A stretch of 32,000 bases of DNA. Origin: Gammaproteobacteria bacterium (GTDB taxonomy: Bacteria; Pseudomonadota; Gammaproteobacteria; JBBQDK01). Made by a program: the position numbers and the translations under genes. The first letter of the stretch is position 1. The number at the start of each line of letters is the position of its first letter. Below the pieces are notes generated by a model. The model worked only from the letters and a program-made list of their open reading frames with translations. It made no database searches and was not told where the DNA came from. Shown one piece after another: positions 16,540-28,634 of the stretch. The stretch lies in contig JBBQDK010000007.1 in NCBI GenBank assembly GCA_038319625.1, positions 1 through 32,000 on the forward strand, in the 5' to 3' direction.

Positions 16540-16650
16540 GTCAGATAAAAGATAAAAGATAAAAAAGATGAAAGATAAAAGATAATAGAGTGTTCGCTTT
16601 CATCTTTGCACTTTCCTCATTTCGCTTTGCTCTTTTCCCTTTCCGCTTAG
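16540..16650. repeat. purine-rich heptamer array (GATAAAA-type, about 6 units) forming one arm of a long imperfect hairpin
   Basis: 16544..16586 reads AGATAAA AGATAAA AGATAAAAA AGATGAA AGATAAA AGATAAT. The opposite arm is pyrimidine-rich (CTTTCATCTTTGCACTTTCCTCATTTCGCTTTGCTCTTTTCCCTTTCC). The core AAAGATGAAAG/CTTTCATCTTT pairs perfectly (11 bp). The element fills the ahcY-metF spacer. Confidence 0.7.
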
Positions 16651-16651
16651 A

Positions 16652-18067
<1,416 letters not shown>

Positions 18068-18084
18068 GGTGATGACTCCCACTG

Positions 18085-18165
18085 AGCAAGCGCGGTTGTA
18101 GCTGGCCTGACTGCTCCGAGCCTGGCGGGAGAGAACTCCTGCTGCAGCGCTTCTCGGAGAGCGGC
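18085..18165 (-). promoter_or_regulatory. SAH riboswitch-like leader of ahcY
   Basis: The minus strand reads CUCUCCGAGAAGCGCUGCAGCAGGAGUUCUCUCCCGCCAGGCUCGGAGCAGUCAGGCCAGCUACAACCGCGCUUGCUCAGUGGGAG-N8-AUG. P1 is CCGAG (18157-18153) with CUCGG (18120-18116). P2 is the hairpin GCAGGAG-UUCU-CUCCCGC. A pseudoknot pairs AAGCGC (18152-18147) with GCGCUU (18093-18088). This order, and the GCGCUGC / CAGGCUCGG / GCGCU blocks, match my memory of the SAH riboswitch consensus found upstream of ahcY in beta/gamma-proteobacteria. Confidence 0.7.
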
Positions 18166-18184
18166 TTCTGGAAAGCTTAAGACC

Positions 18185-18212
18185 CCCTCTCTCCCGATTG
18201 CGGGAGAGAGGG
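18185..18212. repeat. perfect 12-bp hairpin CCCTCTCTCCCG-attg-CGGGAGAGAGGG
   Basis: It belongs to the same CTCTCCC/GGGAGAG family and lies between the metK stop and the ahcY leader. Confidence 0.8.
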
Positions 18213-18234
18213 AAAGTTGGCAGTGAATAAAATT

Positions 18235-18317
18235 CCCCTCACCCTGGCCCTCTCGGCAACTGCTCCTGCGTTGCTCTACCGCCTACCTCCATGTAGGCGT
18301 CCTGATGGGAGAGGGGG
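18235..18317. repeat. about 82-nt composite repeat, copy B
   Basis: See 6544..6625. It has the same head (CCCCTCACCCTGGCCCTCT), an internal GGCAAC...GTTGC hairpin, a second small hairpin (CGCCTAC-ctccat-GTAGGCG) and the tail TGATGGGAGAGGGGG. It sits 23 nt downstream of the metK stop. Confidence 0.75.
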
Positions 18318-18339
18318 ACTGTATATAAACTGTCTATTA

Positions 18340-19521
18340 TCAGGAGGCTGCCTGCAATTTCAGACCGGCACCTTCGCGCAGGATTGCGGCCTTGTCGGTG
18401 CGTTCCCATGGTAGCTGGACGTCCTCGCGGCCGAAGTGGCCATAGCTGGCAGTCTGACGGTAAATAGGCCGCAGCAGGTCCAGCATCATGATGATGCCCC
18501 AGGGACGCAGGTCAAAATGTTCGCGCACCAATTTGACAATCAGATCGGCATCGACCTTGGCGGTGCCGAAGGTTTCCAGGTTGATGGAGGTCGGTTCGGC
18601 CACGCCGATGGCGTAGGATATCTGAATTTCGCAGCGTTCCGCGAGGCCGGCGGCGACGATGTTTTTCGCCACGTAGCGACCGGCATAGGCGGCCGAGCGA
18701 TCGACCTTGGACGGGTCCTTGCCGGAGAAGGCGCCGCCGCCGTGGCGAGCCATGCCGCCGTAGGTGTCGACGATGATCTTGCGCCCGGTCAGGCCGCAAT
18801 CGCCCATTGGGCCGCCGATCACGAATTTGCCGGTGGGGTTGATGTGGATGCGGGTGTCGTTGTGCATCCATTCAGTGGGCAGCACCGGCTTGATGATCAT
18901 GTCCAGTACCGCGTCATGCAGGTCTTTGTCGGAAATGTCGGGTGAGTGCTGAGTTGACAGCACTACCGCGTCGCAGGCCACGGGCCGCCCGTGCTCGTAA
19001 CGGAAAGTGACCTGGCTCTTGGCATCCGGGCGCAGCCACGGTAGCTCGCCGTTCTTGCGCACTTCGGCTTGGCGACGCACCAGCCGGTGCGCGTAGTTGA
19101 TTGGTGCGGGCATCAGCACGTCGGTTTCGTTGGTGGCGTAGCCGAACATCAGGCCCTGGTCGCCGGCGCCCTGGTTTTCGCGGTCGCCGCGGTCGACGCC
19201 CTGGTTGATGTCGGGTGATTGCTGACCGAGTGCGTTGAGCACGGCGCAGGTGGCGCCGTCGAAGCCGATGTCGGAACTGGTGTAGCCGATGTCGTTGACT
19301 ACGTCGCGCACAATCTTTTCGTATTCGATGCCCTTGGCCTGGGTGGTGATCTCGCCGGCTAGAACCACCATGCCGGTCTTGGTCAGTGTCTCGCAGGCGA
19401 CGCGCGCATGCGGGTCTTGCGCGATGATGGCGTCCAGGATGGCGTCCGAAATCTGGTCGGCCATTTTGTCCGGGTGTCCTTCAGATACCGATTCCGAGGT
19501 GAAGAGAAAATTATTCGACAT
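18340..19521 (-). CDS. metK: S-adenosylmethionine synthetase
   Basis: 393 aa, [27 protein letters not shown]..., [29 protein letters not shown], the canonical MetK. Confidence 0.96.
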   Translation of the reverse strand: MSNNFLFTSESVSEGHPDKMADQISDAILDAIIAQDPHARVACETLTKTGMVVLAGEITTQAKGIEYEKIVRDVVNDIGYTSSDIGFDGATCAVLNALGQQSPDINQGVDRGDRENQGAGDQGLMFGYATNETDVLMPAPINYAHRLVRRQAEVRKNGELPWLRPDAKSQVTFRYEHGRPVACDAVVLSTQHSPDISDKDLHDAVLDMIIKPVLPTEWMHNDTRIHINPTGKFVIGGPMGDCGLTGRKIIVDTYGGMARHGGGAFSGKDPSKVDRSAAYAGRYVAKNIVAAGLAERCEIQISYAIGVAEPTSINLETFGTAKVDADLIVKLVREHFDLRPWGIIMMLDLLRPIYRQTASYGHFGREDVQLPWERTDKAAILREGAGLKLQAAS

Positions 19522-19812
19522 CGTGTCCTCATTGCGTCAGGGGTCATACGACCATCAAAAAATAAGTGTGTGCTCTCCGGGCTTCTGGCGCTGCACCGTC
19601 AAATCACGACGCGGCCCGGCCCGGTGGGTCAGTTAGTTTACCTGTCTGGGGAGATTTTTCCACTTTACCGGCTGTCCATGGCAAAATAAGGCAATCAAGC
19701 AGGGGGTTGGATCCGAATTTTATCTGCCACAGCCAAGTCTGCAGGATTGACCTCATGAAAATTCGGCTCTGACCCCATTCGAACACAGAAACCTAAGTAA
19801 TGGAGACGTTTT

Positions 19813-20376
19813 ATGGTCAGTCTGGAAACCCCTGTCTGCGATTTCGGTATTCCGGCACTGGATTTTGCACTGCCGGGTGTCGACGGACGTGTCTGGACAC
19901 TGGCGCAATGCCGCGGTGACAAAGGTCTGCTGGTGATGTTCATCTGCAATCATTGCCCATACGTCAAGGCCGTGCGCGACCGTCTGGTACGCGATACCCG
20001 TGAACTACTGGATCACGGCATCAAGTGTGTTGCCATCATGTCCAATGACACGGCGGACTATCCCGAGGACTCGTTCGAGAACATGCGGGCTGTTGCCGAG
20101 CAGTTCGCGTTCCCATTTCCTTATTTGCTCGACGAGACCCAGGCGGTCGCCAAGGCCTATGGCGCGGTGTGTACGCCGGATTTCTTCGGTTATAACAGCA
20201 AGCTCGAACTGCAATATCGCGGTCGTCTCGACGCCAGTCGCAAGGAGGCTGCGCCCGCTGACGCCCGCCGTGACCTGTTCGAGGCCATGCAAGCGGTGGC
20301 GCTCACCGGTCAGGGGCCGCGTGAGCAGATCCCGAGCATGGGTTGCTCGATCAAGTGGAAGAACGAAGCGGTATAG
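19813..20376 (+). CDS. thioredoxin-fold protein (AhpC/TSA / redoxin-like) with a CNHC active site
   Basis: 187 aa. LLVMFICNHCPYV is the CxxC motif in a thioredoxin-like beta-alpha-beta context. The C-terminal SMGCSIKWK block is typical of this family. Confidence 0.8.
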   Translation: MVSLETPVCDFGIPALDFALPGVDGRVWTLAQCRGDKGLLVMFICNHCPYVKAVRDRLVRDTRELLDHGIKCVAIMSNDTADYPEDSFENMRAVAEQFAFPFPYLLDETQAVAKAYGAVCTPDFFGYNSKLELQYRGRLDASRKEAAPADARRDLFEAMQAVALTGQGPREQIPSMGCSIKWKNEAV

Positions 20377-20792
20377 TGATCGTCGAAGAAACCTTCTACC
20401 GGAGCGAGGAACTGTGCCGCCGGACCAGCGCCATGCCGGCCACGACCTATAATCTGGCGCATCAACTGGTGGTGCGCAGCCCGCAAGGCTGTGTGTTCGT
20501 GCCGATCCGCAGCATGCAGTATCTGGCTGTTCTCGATGCACAGGAGTTCATTTTCATCGACAGTCAGGGCGATCGCCGTATCGAACTCGCCTGGCTGGGC
20601 TTTCACCCGCAGATACGCTCGGCGCTCGATGAGCCTGTGCCTTTTGACCTAGTTTATTATCACAGCGAGGGCGAAGCCACCATGCGTTGGTTGCCGGGCG
20701 AGTTCTATAAGTCCATGATGCAGCTCTCGGAGCGTCAATCCGACGGCACTTCCCGTACCGCCAAAATCATCCGCCTGAACAAAGAGGGTTGA
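20376..20792 (+). CDS. hypothetical protein, probably translationally coupled to the thioredoxin-like gene
   Basis: An in-frame GTG at 20376 overlaps the upstream TAG stop (TAGTG). The alternative start is the ATG at 20433 (MPATTYNL...). Codon position 3 is G/C-rich throughout. I recognise no family. Confidence 0.5.
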   Translation: MIVEETFYRSEELCRRTSAMPATTYNLAHQLVVRSPQGCVFVPIRSMQYLAVLDAQEFIFIDSQGDRRIELAWLGFHPQIRSALDEPVPFDLVYYHSEGEATMRWLPGEFYKSMMQLSERQSDGTSRTAKIIRLNKEG

Positions 20793-21045
20793 TGGGGTTA
20801 TCAGTCGCAGCGATAGTATTGCCGAATCGACCCAAGTAAGGGAAAATAACCGGCCTCAACGGATCGGGGAGGTCTGCCCGGCCCGACGACCAACCGACCG
20901 GCGTCACCAGCCCGTAACATCACCGCAGTGCGCAACCTTGGTGTCGCACAAAACGACATCAGGGTGTTGTGTTGTTATAACAAGGGCGGTCATGCACCGC
21001 CGGCACCACCCGGCCATACGAATCGAATTACTTTAGGAGATACCT

Positions 21046-23043
21046 ATGCCCTCGCGCAGAGAACTAGCCAACGCCATACGCGCGCTTTCCATGGACGCGG
21101 TACAGAAGGCCAACTCCGGCCATCCCGGTGCCCCGATGGGCATGGCGGATATCGCCGAGGTCCTGTGGAACGACTTCCTGAAGCACAACCCGGGCAATCC
21201 GAAATGGGCCGACCGCGATCGCTTCGTGCTGTCCAATGGCCACGGCTCGATGCTGATTTATTCGCTGCTGCACCTGACCGGCTATGACCTGCCGATGGAC
21301 GAGCTGAAAAACTTCCGTCAGCTGCATTCCAAGACCCCGGGTCACCCCGAATATGGCTATGCGCCGGGCGTCGAGACCACCACCGGTCCCTTGGGCCAGG
21401 GTATCACCAATGCCGTGGGCATGGCGGTCGCGGAAAAAGTGCTGGCCGGCACCTTCAATGTCGACGGTCATAAGATCGTCGATCACCACACTTATGTTTT
21501 CCTCGGAGACGGCTGCCTCATGGAAGGTATCTCGCACGAAGCCTGCTCGCTGGCCGGTACGCTGGGCCTGGGCAAGCTGATCGCGTTCTATGACGACAAC
21601 GGCATCTCCATCGACGGTCACGTCGAAGGCTGGTTCACCGACAATACGCCGATGCGCTTTGAAGCTTACGGCTGGCATGTGATCCCCGCAGTCGACGGTC
21701 ATAATCCCGACGCCGTCAAGAAAGCCATTACAGAAGCCCGCGCGGTCACTGACAAGCCGACCATGATCTGCTGCAAGACCGTGATCGGTTTCGGCTCGCC
21801 GAACAAGTGCGGCACTCACGATGTGCACGGCGCCGCCCTTGGCGATGCCGAAGTCGCCGCCGCCCGCGAAAATCTCGGCTGGACCTCGCCGCCGTTCGAA
21901 ATCCCCGCCGATATCTACAGCGGTTGGGATGCCAAGAGCAAGGGCAAATCCACTGAGGACACCTGGAACAAGACCTTCGCCGAATACAAAAAGGCGCAGC
22001 CGGCATTGGCCGCCGAGTTCCAGCGCCGCATCAAGGGCGAACTGCCGGCCGACTGGGCCGTCAAGGTCGCCGAGTTCATCAAGAGCGTCGATGCCAAAGG
22101 CGAAAGCATCGCTTCACGCAACGCCTCGCAGAATACGCTGAACGGCTTTGGTCCGGTGCTGCCGGAATTCCTCGGCGGTTCGGCGGATCTCGCCGGCTCC
22201 AACCTGACCATCTGGAAAGGCTCGAAGGGCGTCAGCAAGACCGAGTCCGGCGGCAATTACATTTATTACGGCGTGCGCGAGTTCGGCATGTCCGCGATGA
22301 TGAACGGCATGGCCCTGCATGGCGGCTTCATTCCGTATGGCGCAACCTTCCTGATGTTCTCCGAGTACGCGCGTAATGCCTTGCGCATGGCCGCGCTCAT
22401 GAAGATCCGCGTGATCTTCGTCTACACCCATGACTCCATCGGCCTCGGCGAAGACGGCCCGACCCACCAGGGCGTCGAGCAGACCGCGACATTGCGGATG
22501 ATCCCCAACATGCACGTCTGGCGTCCCTGCGATGCCGTGGAATCGGCCGTGAGTTGGAAGTGCGCCGTCGAGCGCAGTAAAGGCCCCAGCATACTGATCT
22601 TCTCGCGTCAGAAACTGCAACATATGGTCCGCACAGCAGCACAGATCGCTGACATCGAACGTGGTGCCTATATTCTCTCCGAGGCCGAAGGCGGCAAACC
22701 GGCGGGCATCATCATCGCCACCGGTTCCGAAGTCGGCCTGGCCATGGAGGCGCAGAAACTGCTCGCCGCCAAGGGTAAGCACGTGCGCGTCGTGTCCATG
22801 CCGTCCACCAACGTCTTCGATGCCCAGGATGCGGCATACAAAGAGAAAGTGCTGCCGAAGGCCGTCACAGCACGCGTCGCGGTCGAAGCCGGTGTTACCA
22901 GTGGTTGGTACAAGTACGTCGGTATCGATGGCCGTATCGTCGGCATCGACACCTTTGGCGAATCCGCCCCGGCACCTGCCTTGTTCAAGTACTTCGGCTT
23001 CACGCCAGAGAACGTCGTCAAGGCGGCGGAAGAGATTCTGTAA
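21046..23043 (+). CDS. tkt: transketolase
   Basis: 665 aa with the ThDP motifs [11 protein letters not shown] and [13 protein letters not shown], plus the [14 protein letters not shown] block. AGGAGA lies upstream of the ATG. Confidence 0.96.
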   Translation: MPSRRELANAIRALSMDAVQKANSGHPGAPMGMADIAEVLWNDFLKHNPGNPKWADRDRFVLSNGHGSMLIYSLLHLTGYDLPMDELKNFRQLHSKTPGHPEYGYAPGVETTTGPLGQGITNAVGMAVAEKVLAGTFNVDGHKIVDHHTYVFLGDGCLMEGISHEACSLAGTLGLGKLIAFYDDNGISIDGHVEGWFTDNTPMRFEAYGWHVIPAVDGHNPDAVKKAITEARAVTDKPTMICCKTVIGFGSPNKCGTHDVHGAALGDAEVAAARENLGWTSPPFEIPADIYSGWDAKSKGKSTEDTWNKTFAEYKKAQPALAAEFQRRIKGELPADWAVKVAEFIKSVDAKGESIASRNASQNTLNGFGPVLPEFLGGSADLAGSNLTIWKGSKGVSKTESGGNYIYYGVREFGMSAMMNGMALHGGFIPYGATFLMFSEYARNALRMAALMKIRVIFVYTHDSIGLGEDGPTHQGVEQTATLRMIPNMHVWRPCDAVESAVSWKCAVERSKGPSILIFSRQKLQHMVRTAAQIADIERGAYILSEAEGGKPAGIIIATGSEVGLAMEAQKLLAAKGKHVRVVSMPSTNVFDAQDAAYKEKVLPKAVTARVAVEAGVTSGWYKYVGIDGRIVGIDTFGESAPAPALFKYFGFTPENVVKAAEEIL

Positions 23044-23051
23044 TTTAATTA

Positions 23052-23156
23052 TTAAACCGTCAAGGACGCCAAGAACGCCAAGGGTGAAAAATCAAAAGCG
23101 TATTTGGTTTTTTTGATGGAGGTTTTCTTGGCGCTGTTGGCGTCCTTGGCGGTTAA
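23052..23156. repeat. long imperfect hairpin, arms TTAAACCGTCAAGGACGCCAAGAACGCCAAG / CTTGGCGCTGTTGGCGTCCTTGGCGGTTAA
   Basis: About 30-bp arms (roughly 27 of 31 positions paired) begin 9 nt after the tkt stop. The loop holds a smaller ATCAAAA...TTTTGAT inverted repeat. The arms are built from (G/A)ACGCCAAG units and share a 20-nt identity with 6870..6891. Confidence 0.85.
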
Positions 23157-24188
<1,032 letters not shown>

Positions 24189-24260
24189 GATCCAAGATGA
24201 AAGATACAAGATACAAGTACCGAGTTTTTTCTTGTATCTTGGATCTTGTAACTTGTATCT
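24189..24260. repeat. long imperfect hairpin built of A/G-rich heptamers (ATACAAG / ATGAAAG)
   Basis: The left arm AGATCCAAGATGAAAGATACAAGATACAAG and right arm CTTGTATCTTGGATCTTGTAACTTGTATCT pair at 25 of 30 positions, with a perfect 11-bp core. The loop is TACCGAGTTTTTT. The hairpin starts at the gap stop codon. Confidence 0.8.
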
Positions 24261-24318
24261 GATTTAAAAACTTACGCCTTCGCGTCTTTGCGTTGAGTTT
24301 TTTCCGGAGTCTGAAATC

Positions 24319-25503
24319 ATGTCTGTAATCAAGTTGACCGATCTCGATCTGAAAGGTAAGCGTGTCTTCATCCGCGCCGACCTGAACGTCCCTGTCAAAG
24401 ACGGCAAGGTGACGTCCGATGCGCGCATTACCGCATCCATGGCCACCATCAACCATTGCCTGAAGCAGGGCGCCAAGGTGATGGTGACCTCGCATCTCGG
24501 TCGACCCACGGAAGGCGAGTGGTCCGCGGAGAATTCCTTGCAGCCGGTTGCCGACAATATCGCCAGCCGTCTCGGCAAGCCGGTGCGTCTGATCAAGGAC
24601 TGGGTCGACGGCGGCTTCGATGTCGCCGCCGGTGAACTGGTGGTGCTGGAAAACTGCCGCATCAACAAGGGCGAGAAGAAGAACGTCGATGAGACCGCAC
24701 AAAAATACGCTGCGCTCTGCGATGTGTTCGTCATGGACGCCTTCGGAACCGCGCATCGCGCGCAGGCCTCGACGCATGGCGTGGCGAAGTTCGCGCCGGT
24801 CGCCTGCGCCGGCATCCTGCTCACCGAGGAACTGGACGCGCTGACCAAGGCGCTGCTCAGCCCGAAGCGGCCGATGGTCGCCATCGTCGGTGGCTCGAAG
24901 GTCTCCACCAAACTGACTGTGCTCGAATCACTAGCCGAAAAGGTCGACCAGATGGTGGTCGGTGGCGGTATCGCCAATACCTTCCTGAAGGCGACCGGCA
25001 AAAATGTCGGTAAGTCACTGTGCGAGGACGACCTGGTACCGATCGCTCAAATGCTCATCGAGAAGATGAAAAAGCGCGGCGCGAACATTCCGATCGCTAT
25101 CGACGTCGTGGTAGGCAAGAAATTCGACGCGGCGGAACCTGCCGTATTGAAAGATGCCGGCGCGGTCACCGACGACGAGATGATCTTCGATATCGGTCCG
25201 AAGAGCGCACAGGAACTCGTCGACATCATCATGAAAGCCGGTACCGTGGTGTGGAACGGTCCGGTCGGTGTGTTCGAGTTCGATCAGTTCGGCGCGGGCA
25301 CCAAGGCCATCGCCGAAGCCATCGCCAGGACCACGGCCTTTACGCTGGCGGGTGGTGGCGACACTATCGCTGCAATCCAGAAGTATGACATCTACGACAA
25401 GGTATCCTACATCTCCACCGCCGGTGGTGCGTTCCTGGAATTTTTGGAAGGCAAGACCTTGCCGGCCGTGGCGATACTGGAAGAGCGGGCTGCCAAGCGT
25501 TAG
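24319..25503 (+). CDS. pgk: phosphoglycerate kinase
   Basis: 394 aa with RADLNVP, SHLGRP, FGTAHRA and GGGDT blocks. Confidence 0.96.
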   Translation: MSVIKLTDLDLKGKRVFIRADLNVPVKDGKVTSDARITASMATINHCLKQGAKVMVTSHLGRPTEGEWSAENSLQPVADNIASRLGKPVRLIKDWVDGGFDVAAGELVVLENCRINKGEKKNVDETAQKYAALCDVFVMDAFGTAHRAQASTHGVAKFAPVACAGILLTEELDALTKALLSPKRPMVAIVGGSKVSTKLTVLESLAEKVDQMVVGGGIANTFLKATGKNVGKSLCEDDLVPIAQMLIEKMKKRGANIPIAIDVVVGKKFDAAEPAVLKDAGAVTDDEMIFDIGPKSAQELVDIIMKAGTVVWNGPVGVFEFDQFGAGTKAIAEAIARTTAFTLAGGGDTIAAIQKYDIYDKVSYISTAGGAFLEFLEGKTLPAVAILEERAAKR

Positions 25504-25515
25504 GTGATAAAACAT

Positions 25516-25643
25516 TTAACGAAAAGGACGCAAAGATTTGTTGATTGGATTTGGACAGGTTCAGTGATTTTGTAGGCCTGGAATTGCTGAGAACTGAAGA
25601 ATATTGACCAAAGTTTCCTTGCGCCTTTGTGTTGAATAGTTAA
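25516..25643. repeat. diverged member of the TTAAC...AAGGACGC.AAG hairpin family
   Basis: The left end TTAACGAAAAGGACGCAAAG and right end CCTTGCGCCTTTGTGTTGAATAGTTAA pair only over about 12 bp with a bulge, but they share the TTAAC termini and the AAGGxCGCAAG core. The element fills the pgk-pyk spacer. Confidence 0.35.
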
Positions 25644-25673
25644 CCGGTATCAAAATAGAAGTCAGGAGTTACC

Positions 25674-27122
25674 TTGCTGCGTAGAACCAAGATCGTTGCC
25701 ACCATCGGACCTGCTACCGATGATCCCAAAGTGTTGGATGAGGTGATCGAGGCAGGGGTTGATGTCGTACGGGTCAATTTCTCGCACGGCACACCCGAGG
25801 AACACAAACTGCGGGTCGAGACGGTACGCAATCGAGCCCGCGCCCATGGCCGGCAGGTCGGTGTGCTGGGCGATCTGCAAGGTCCCAAGATCCGTACCGA
25901 ATCGTTTCGCAATGGTCCGGTGCTTCTGGTCGAAGGCGAGCAATTCATCATCGACGCCGCACTCGGCACCAAAGACGGCACCAAGGAGCGCGTCGGCACC
26001 ACCTACAAGGACCTGTGCCTCGATGTGAAACGCGGTGACAACCTGTTGCTGGATGATGGCAATCTGGTGTTGTGGGTGGAAGAGGTCAAGGATAACGAAA
26101 TCCGCTGCCAGGTTAAGGTCGGCGGTGAGTTGTCCAACAACAAGGGCATCAACCGCCTGGGTGGCGGGCTGTCCGCGGGGGCGCTGACCGACAAGGACCG
26201 GGCCGACATCAAGCTGGCCGCCGAACTCAAGGTCGATTACCTTGCGGTTTCCTTTCCGCGCACCGCCGCTGATGTCAACGAGGCACGTGAGTTGCTGCGT
26301 GCCGCCGGTGGCCATGGCGGTATCATCTCCAAGATAGAACGCGCCGAGGCGGTCGAAGCCATCGAGGAGATTACCGCCGCCTCCGATGTCATCATGATTG
26401 CGCGCGGCGATTTGGGTGTGGAGATCGGCGATGCCGAACTGCCCGGCGTGCAAAAGCACTTGATTAAGGTCGCGCGCTCCATGGACCGCATCGTGATTAC
26501 CGCGACGCAGATGATGCAGTCCATGGTGACCAGCCAGATTCCGACCCGCGCCGAGGTGTTTGACGTCGCCAACGCCGTGCTCGACGGCACTGACGCCGTG
26601 ATGTTGTCGGCCGAGACCGCCACCGGCAAATATCCCGCCAAGGCCGTCGCCGCCATGGCGCGCATCTGCATGGGTGCGGAGAAGCAGCGCTCCGCCATGG
26701 TGTCCGATCACCGCATCAATACCGTGTTCAGACGCAGCGACGAGGCCGTCGCTATGGCCGCCATGTACACCGCCAATCATCTCGGCGTGAAGGCCATCGC
26801 CGCCCTGACCGAGTCGGGCTCGACACCGTTGTGGATGTCGCGCATCAGTTCCGGCATCCCGATCTATGCGCTGACGCGTCACGTCGAGACACGTCGCAAG
26901 GTCACCCTCTACCGCGGTGTCTACCCGGTCAGTTTCGATGTCGCTTCCACCGATCATGCCGTGGTCAACAAAGAGGCCATTGACGAACTGGTACGCCGTG
27001 GTGCGGTGCGCGACGGGGATCTGGTGATCATCACCAAGGGCGATCTGATGGGCATGCACGGCGGCACCAATGCCATGAAGATAGTACGCGTCGGCGACAT
27101 GGTGGTGCCGCGTACCGAATAA
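25674..27122 (+). CDS. pyk: pyruvate kinase
   Basis: 482 aa with a TTG start preceded by CAGGAG. The protein has RRTKIVATIGPA, VRVNFSHG, MIARGDLGVEI and MLSAETA blocks. Confidence 0.93.
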   Translation: MLRRTKIVATIGPATDDPKVLDEVIEAGVDVVRVNFSHGTPEEHKLRVETVRNRARAHGRQVGVLGDLQGPKIRTESFRNGPVLLVEGEQFIIDAALGTKDGTKERVGTTYKDLCLDVKRGDNLLLDDGNLVLWVEEVKDNEIRCQVKVGGELSNNKGINRLGGGLSAGALTDKDRADIKLAAELKVDYLAVSFPRTAADVNEARELLRAAGGHGGIISKIERAEAVEAIEEITAASDVIMIARGDLGVEIGDAELPGVQKHLIKVARSMDRIVITATQMMQSMVTSQIPTRAEVFDVANAVLDGTDAVMLSAETATGKYPAKAVAAMARICMGAEKQRSAMVSDHRINTVFRRSDEAVAMAAMYTANHLGVKAIAALTESGSTPLWMSRISSGIPIYALTRHVETRRKVTLYRGVYPVSFDVASTDHAVVNKEAIDELVRRGAVRDGDLVIITKGDLMGMHGGTNAMKIVRVGDMVVPRTE

Positions 27123-27261
27123 GCGGGACAGGCACCGATCAGTTACAATTGCAGTACCGCAGGAGTAAAAAACGGCAACAAAGGTGAGGTAATCGGTCCT
27201 GTGGACTGACACCACCTGACGCTGCGTCGAATTACTGAATAACTACCGAGGAGATTCCATC

Positions 27262-28326
27262 ATGGCATTAATATCATTGCGTCAGTTGCTGGATCACGCC
27301 GCCGAACACGGTTACGGTGTGCCGGCCTACAACGTTAACAACATGGAACAGGTACACGCCATCATGCAGGCGGCCGCCGAAACCAGCAGTCCGGTCATCA
27401 TGCAGGCTTCGGCCGGCGCACGCAGCTATGCGGGTTCCGCCTTCCTGCGTCACCTGATCATTTCCGCCATCGAACAGTGGCCGGAGATTCCGATCTGTAT
27501 GCACCAGGATCACGGCGCGTCCCCCGATGTCTGTATGCGCTCCATCCAGCTCGGCTTTTCGTCCGTGATGATGGACGGTTCGCTGCTGGAAGACATGAAG
27601 ACGCCCGCAACCTATGAATACAACGTCGAAGTCACGCGTCGCGTGGTCGACATGTCGCACGGCGGCGGCGTTTCCGTCGAGGGCGAGCTGGGTTGCCTGG
27701 GTTCGCTGGAAACCGGCATGGCCGGTGAAGAGGACGGTTCGGGCGCCGAGGGCGTGCTGGATCATTCTCAGTTGCTGACCGATCCGGAAGAAGCCGCGCA
27801 GTTCGTCAAGGCCATTAAGGTCGATGCGCTGGCCATCGCCATCGGCACCAGCCACGGCGCTTACAAGTTCACCCGTCCACCCACCGGCGACATCCTCGCC
27901 ATTCAGCGCATCAAGGACATTCACGCCCGCATCCCCGATACCCATCTGGTGATGCACGGTTCCTCCTCGGTACCGCAGGACTGGTTGAAGATCATCAACA
28001 ACTTCGGTGGCGACATGGGTCAGACCTACGGCGTGCCGGTCGAAGAGATCGCCATTGGTATCAAGAATGGCGTACGCAAGGTCAACATCGATACTGACCT
28101 GCGTATGGCCAGCACCGGTGCGGTGCGCAAATTCCTTGCCGAAAACCCCAAGGAGTTCGACCCGCGCAAATGGCTGAAGGCCTCCACCAAGGGCATGCAA
28201 AGCATCTGCAAGGCGCGCTACGAAGCCTTCGGTACCGCCGGCAATGCCGCGAAGATCAAGCCGATCGATCTGGAAAGCATGGTCAAGCGCTACAAGAGCG
28301 GCGAGCTGGATCCGCGCGTCAATTAA
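27262..28326 (+). CDS. fba: class II fructose-bisphosphate aldolase (Calvin-cycle/CbbA-type)
   Basis: 354 aa, [45 protein letters not shown], the long class IIb form usually found after pyk/pgk in autotroph-type clusters. Confidence 0.95.
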   Translation: MALISLRQLLDHAAEHGYGVPAYNVNNMEQVHAIMQAAAETSSPVIMQASAGARSYAGSAFLRHLIISAIEQWPEIPICMHQDHGASPDVCMRSIQLGFSSVMMDGSLLEDMKTPATYEYNVEVTRRVVDMSHGGGVSVEGELGCLGSLETGMAGEEDGSGAEGVLDHSQLLTDPEEAAQFVKAIKVDALAIAIGTSHGAYKFTRPPTGDILAIQRIKDIHARIPDTHLVMHGSSSVPQDWLKIINNFGGDMGQTYGVPVEEIAIGIKNGVRKVNIDTDLRMASTGAVRKFLAENPKEFDPRKWLKASTKGMQSICKARYEAFGTAGNAAKIKPIDLESMVKRYKSGELDPRVN

Positions 28327-28348
28327 TATCAACTCGCTCCAGGCTCCC

Positions 28349-28369
28349 CTCTCCCGCTAGCGGGGAGAG
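28349..28369. repeat. CTCTCCCG-ctag-CGGGGAGAG hairpin repeat
   Basis: 8-bp stem with one bulge, 23 nt after the fba stop. It belongs to the same family as 6372, 9237, 11141 and 18185. Confidence 0.7.
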
Positions 28370-28422
28370 CGTAGTGAGGGGGGCGAAGCCGCTTTGAGGC
28401 GAGATCTGATACGCATTACGAA

Positions 28423-28445
28423 GGGCGGGGTAACCCGCCCTTTTT
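28423..28445 (+). terminator. rho-independent terminator after fba
   Basis: GGGCGGG-gtaa-CCCGCCC followed by TTTTT. Confidence 0.8.
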
Positions 28446-28634
28446 CATGCCCGCAATAGCGCTATCAGTGCGCTCTTCCCAACACCCACTCAGCAAAATT
28501 CCGCATCCTGCCTCACGACAAACCGTCAGGCCTTGGGTCTGCCACTTGCAACCACAGTAATAGTACGACATCCTTTTGATAGTCCGCTGTGTGAAAATAT
28601 TGTTAATGAAAATGAATAATCAGCCCCTGCACTC

